A DNA stretch of 64,000 nucleotides from an uncultured Pelagibacteraceae bacterium (GTDB lineage: Bacteria > Pseudomonadota > Alphaproteobacteria > Pelagibacterales > Pelagibacteraceae), in contig CACIZC010000003.1 in NCBI GenBank assembly GCA_902591045.1, positions 29,568 to 93,567 on the forward strand, in the 5' to 3' direction. The notes beneath the pieces are model-generated. The model had not been told where the DNA came from. It ran no database searches and saw nothing but the letters and a program-made list of their open reading frames with translations. Below, piece after piece: positions 61,486-64,000 of this stretch. The translations under genes and the position numbers were made by a program. Every line of letters begins with the position of its first letter. Position 1 is the first letter of the stretch.

Positions 61486-62578
61486 TTAAGAAGTCTAGAT
61501 GTTTAACAAATCGTTCCAGCATCACTAACGAGAGTAAATATAAATAAATACTTTTGTTCTGAAATACTAAAGTTTTTTTATCAATAAAATTAATTCTTGG
61601 TTCAAAATTTGAATTTATTCCTCTTATAAAACATAAAATTAAAGATAGATTAAATCTTAAATATTCATTTTTATTTAAACTTTGTAAAAGAATATTTTTT
61701 TTTAAACTTTTTGAATAAAATTGAGAAAAAACGTTTTTATACTTTTTGTCTATTGTTTTTTTCCACAAAATATTTGTTCTAAAATTAATTCTATTGTTCT
61801 TATTCGTTTTTTTAAAAGTATCAGAATAAATTGAATACTTGTTATACTCCATAGTATCATGAGGATAAGTGTAAATAAATCTGGCTAGTGAAAAAAAAGG
61901 GTCATTTAAATTCCATGTTGCGTCAGGATCAATTATATAAAATTTATTGTAGTTTTTTTTATTTGGAAAAATTATATTTCCACCGTGAAAATTCCAATGA
62001 CCAAGGCTTGATAAAAAAGATGATTCTTTCTCTAATCTTTTGATTGTTTTTGATCTAAAAATTTTATTTAGATAAAACTTAATATTATTATAGCTTTTTC
62101 CATTAATATGAATTTTTTTTGATTTTTCAAAATTTAAAAGCAAATGTCTGCTTGTTATTTTCTTATACTCATTTGTTAAAAGACCATAAATGAATTGTAT
62201 TTGTTTATTGGTTTTTGTAAATTTACTGTTCCTAATTGGTATAAGAAAATTTTTTATTAAAATTTTCAAAATATAATTTAATTTTTTTTTGGAAATTTTT
62301 TTTTGTTGAATTATTTGTGACAAAGTTGGGCCAGGTATAAACTGTTGTTTGTAAAACCCTTTATTTTTAAATAAACCTTTTTTGTAATAACCATGCTCAA
62401 ATATTAAAGGTGTACATTTTTTAAAAAAACTTGAGCTGTTAGTTAATTTTTTAATTAACTGTATTTCTCTAAAAATTTTTTTAGGATCTTTAAGAGCAAT
62501 TTTAACTACTACATTTTTGTAGCGTCTATCTTTTATTTTAAATACTGAAAATTTTTCAGAATTTTTTAATATTTTCAC
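61475..62578 (-). CDS. protein-kinase-fold (APH/choline-kinase-like) protein with an atypical catalytic loop
   Basis: 367 aa. VVVKIALK (possible ATP Lys), HWNFHGGNIIF aligned to the Brenner motif HxDxxxxN with Asn in place of Asp, and YIIDPD. Confidence 0.4.
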   Translation of the reverse strand: MKILKNSEKFSVFKIKDRRYKNVVVKIALKDPKKIFREIQLIKKLTNSSSFFKKCTPLIFEHGYYKKGLFKNKGFYKQQFIPGPTLSQIIQQKKISKKKLNYILKILIKNFLIPIRNSKFTKTNKQIQFIYGLLTNEYKKITSRHLLLNFEKSKKIHINGKSYNNIKFYLNKIFRSKTIKRLEKESSFLSSLGHWNFHGGNIIFPNKKNYNKFYIIDPDATWNLNDPFFSLARFIYTYPHDTMEYNKYSIYSDTFKKTNKNNRINFRTNILWKKTIDKKYKNVFSQFYSKSLKKNILLQSLNKNEYLRFNLSLILCFIRGINSNFEPRINFIDKKTLVFQNKSIYLYLLSLVMLERFVKHLDFLNGK

Positions 62579-62601
62579 TTATTGTGCCTGAGATGAGTTT
62601 T

Positions 62602-63783
62602 TTATACCCAGCAATGAACAGTTTTCTGGCTTTTTGGGCTTGTTAGTACTTTCTTCAAACAGTTTAAAACGCTTCTACAATATCCTCTTGTATTATGAAC
62701 GTATGCTTGCATTATTATATGACAGATATTCTTTGAATTATTAGAACTTCTGTTTAAATAAAATGGATCTTCTTTTAAATGAAAATATTGGCTGTCAGCT
62801 AAAACGATAGCAGCTGTTTCCAGCATCTCATAAGCTCTGCTTCCTAGGGTTCCTTTTGAAATTCTAAACACATCTGGTGATTTTTTTGAAAATTTTTTTA
62901 ATTCTTCAATAAAAATTTCTTTGTTAAGCCTTTTTCCTTTTTTTAATTCATACTTAAAATTAAATCTACATATTTGGTAACCCGGTGGAGAAATTAATGT
63001 CCTTAAGGAAACAGTATGAATTTTATGTATTTTAGGGAAAATTTTATCCATAGATATATTTGCCTGGGAGAAACTAGGTCTAAAATTATTTCTTGCATCT
63101 TGCTCTCTAGGCTTGTCACTTTTCGTTCCAAGACGACCTTGTGGTGTGTCGGGATGAACAATATCTAATTCTGTACCAAGCATTTTGAAGGATTTTAAAT
63201 TCTTGTTTTTAAACACTTCTACAAGTCCTCTTAATTGAGCTTGCCATCCGTTACTTTGGCAAGATCCTAGAGCAAATATTTTATACTTAAAATCTTTTAT
63301 AAATTTAGGATTTGCCCCAAAAATTTCAGATTTAATATTAATTAAATTTGGATAGATTGAAGGTAGATTTTTCGATTCTGCTACACCAAAAACAAATTTT
63401 GAAATTTTCAAAAATTTTTTCATTAAATTTTTATTAGATATATGTTTTTTAGATGTAGCAACAATAGTAGCTTCAAATTTTTTATTTAATTTTGACAATT
63501 TAAAATTTTTAATATTGCCAAAAAAGAATTTGATATTTCTATTTCCAATTTTAATAGTTTGTTTTTTGTAATCTACGTTTGCTCTGTCAATAATTTGAGG
63601 GTTAGATAATATTAATCTAGCTTGCATCGCATCTAAATTTTCCCTTATGTTATTTTTTGCTCCTTGGATTGGATTTGTAATAACTGTATCAATTAAATAG
63701 CCATCTCTACTTAAACTGTTCATTGATAACAGCATTGAACCAATCTCTGAACCACAACCAATAAGTAATACTTTTTTAGTCAT
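62602..63783 (-). CDS. divergent GAPDH-fold NAD-dependent dehydrogenase-like protein
   Basis: 393 aa. Rossmann motif VLLIGCGSEIG; GSCQSNG aligned to GAPDH SCTTN; IVHPDTPQGRL to TVHaxTxxQ; RNNFRPSFSQA to RxxxxNIIPtstGA. Confidence 0.45.
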   Translation of the reverse strand: MTKKVLLIGCGSEIGSMLLSMNSLSRDGYLIDTVITNPIQGAKNNIRENLDAMQARLILSNPQIIDRANVDYKKQTIKIGNRNIKFFFGNIKNFKLSKLNKKFEATIVATSKKHISNKNLMKKFLKISKFVFGVAESKNLPSIYPNLINIKSEIFGANPKFIKDFKYKIFALGSCQSNGWQAQLRGLVEVFKNKNLKSFKMLGTELDIVHPDTPQGRLGTKSDKPREQDARNNFRPSFSQANISMDKIFPKIHKIHTVSLRTLISPPGYQICRFNFKYELKKGKRLNKEIFIEELKKFSKKSPDVFRISKGTLGSRAYEMLETAAIVLADSQYFHLKEDPFYLNRSSNNSKNICHIIMQAYVHNTRGYCRSVLNCLKKVLTSPKSQKTVHCWV

Positions 63784-63788
63784 AATAA

Positions 63789-64000
63789 TTAAATTAATAC
63801 AAACTTATTTACTGGAAATAACCTATTTTTTTTGGAAGGGAAAACCTTTTTTGTCTTCAATCCCATAGAGTACTTGATAATTTGTTCTGGAAGATTGTAA
63901 CCAGCAACAAAAGATGCTCCTACGGATCCGCTCATTCTATTTGAACTGTCAAGAATTTTAGGTTTTTTTCCATTATCTAGAACAACATCAAAATCACATG
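63789..64000 (-). CDS. ATP-grasp-like protein, C-terminal 70 codons only
   Basis: Hand translation gives ...CDFDVVLDNGKKPKILDSSNRMSGSVGASFVAGYNLPEQIIKYSMGLKTKK...*. The N.R.SGS....aGyNLP pattern resembles the end of ATP-grasp folds. The stop lies 5 nt before the next gene. Confidence 0.4.
   Translation of the reverse strand, partial: CDFDVVLDNGKKPKILDSSNRMSGSVGASFVAGYNLPEQIIKYSMGLKTKKVFPSKKNRLFPVNKFVLI

Larger units (their letters stand above)
41346..64000. other. cell-surface glycan biosynthesis island immediately upstream of the orphan 5S rRNA (position equivalent to SAR11 hypervariable region 2); continues past the window
   Basis: More than 20 consecutive genes for glycosyltransferases, nucleotide-sugar enzymes, a Wzy/WaaL-like protein and an ABC exporter. 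Proteins are very Lys/Asn/Ile/Phe-rich and the DNA has many long A/T homopolymers. Confidence 0.8.

Overview
This is an AT-rich (roughly 30% GC by eye, not computed), very gene-dense alphaproteobacterial chromosome segment. Gene content and order (xseB-ispA-dxs, rpoH, purA-thiD-glmM-folP-ftsH-tilS-cpoB-pal-tolBARQ, tkt-pgk-fba-thiE-efp, pntAA-AB-B, orphan 5S rRNA) fit a streamlined SAR11/Pelagibacterales-type genome; this is inference, no search was run. Positions 1-41345 are mostly core housekeeping genes with almost no intergenic DNA. Convergent genes share or abut stop codons. This part also holds two tRNAs (a third, tRNA-Val, lies in the island at 44131-44205), two small ribosomal protein genes absent from the ORF track (rpsU with an apparent ATT start, and rpmJ), and a small GT17-containing accessory patch beside tRNA-Arg. 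It also has a 1.3-kb insertion-like segment: one secreted serine protease bracketed by initiator tRNA-Met and an exact 53-nt copy of that tRNA's 3' part. From 41346 to the window end (>22 kb) a cell-surface glycan island sits directly upstream of the orphan 5S rRNA gene, the position known as hypervariable region 2 in SAR11. It contains glycosyltransferases, an O-antigen ligase/polymerase-like protein, CDP-hexose genes and an 18-gene co-directional array. That array predicts an unusual nucleotide-sugar pathway: SIS isomerase, DHQ-synthase-like enzyme, SDRs, HpcH-type aldolase, KdsB-like cytidylyltransferase, radical SAM/SPASM, FkbM methyltransferase, ABC exporter, divergent GAPDH-fold protein, atypical kinase-like protein and ATP-grasp. 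I saw no CRISPR array, transposase, integrase or recognisable defence gene. All functional calls rest on motifs read by eye and remembered family signatures.
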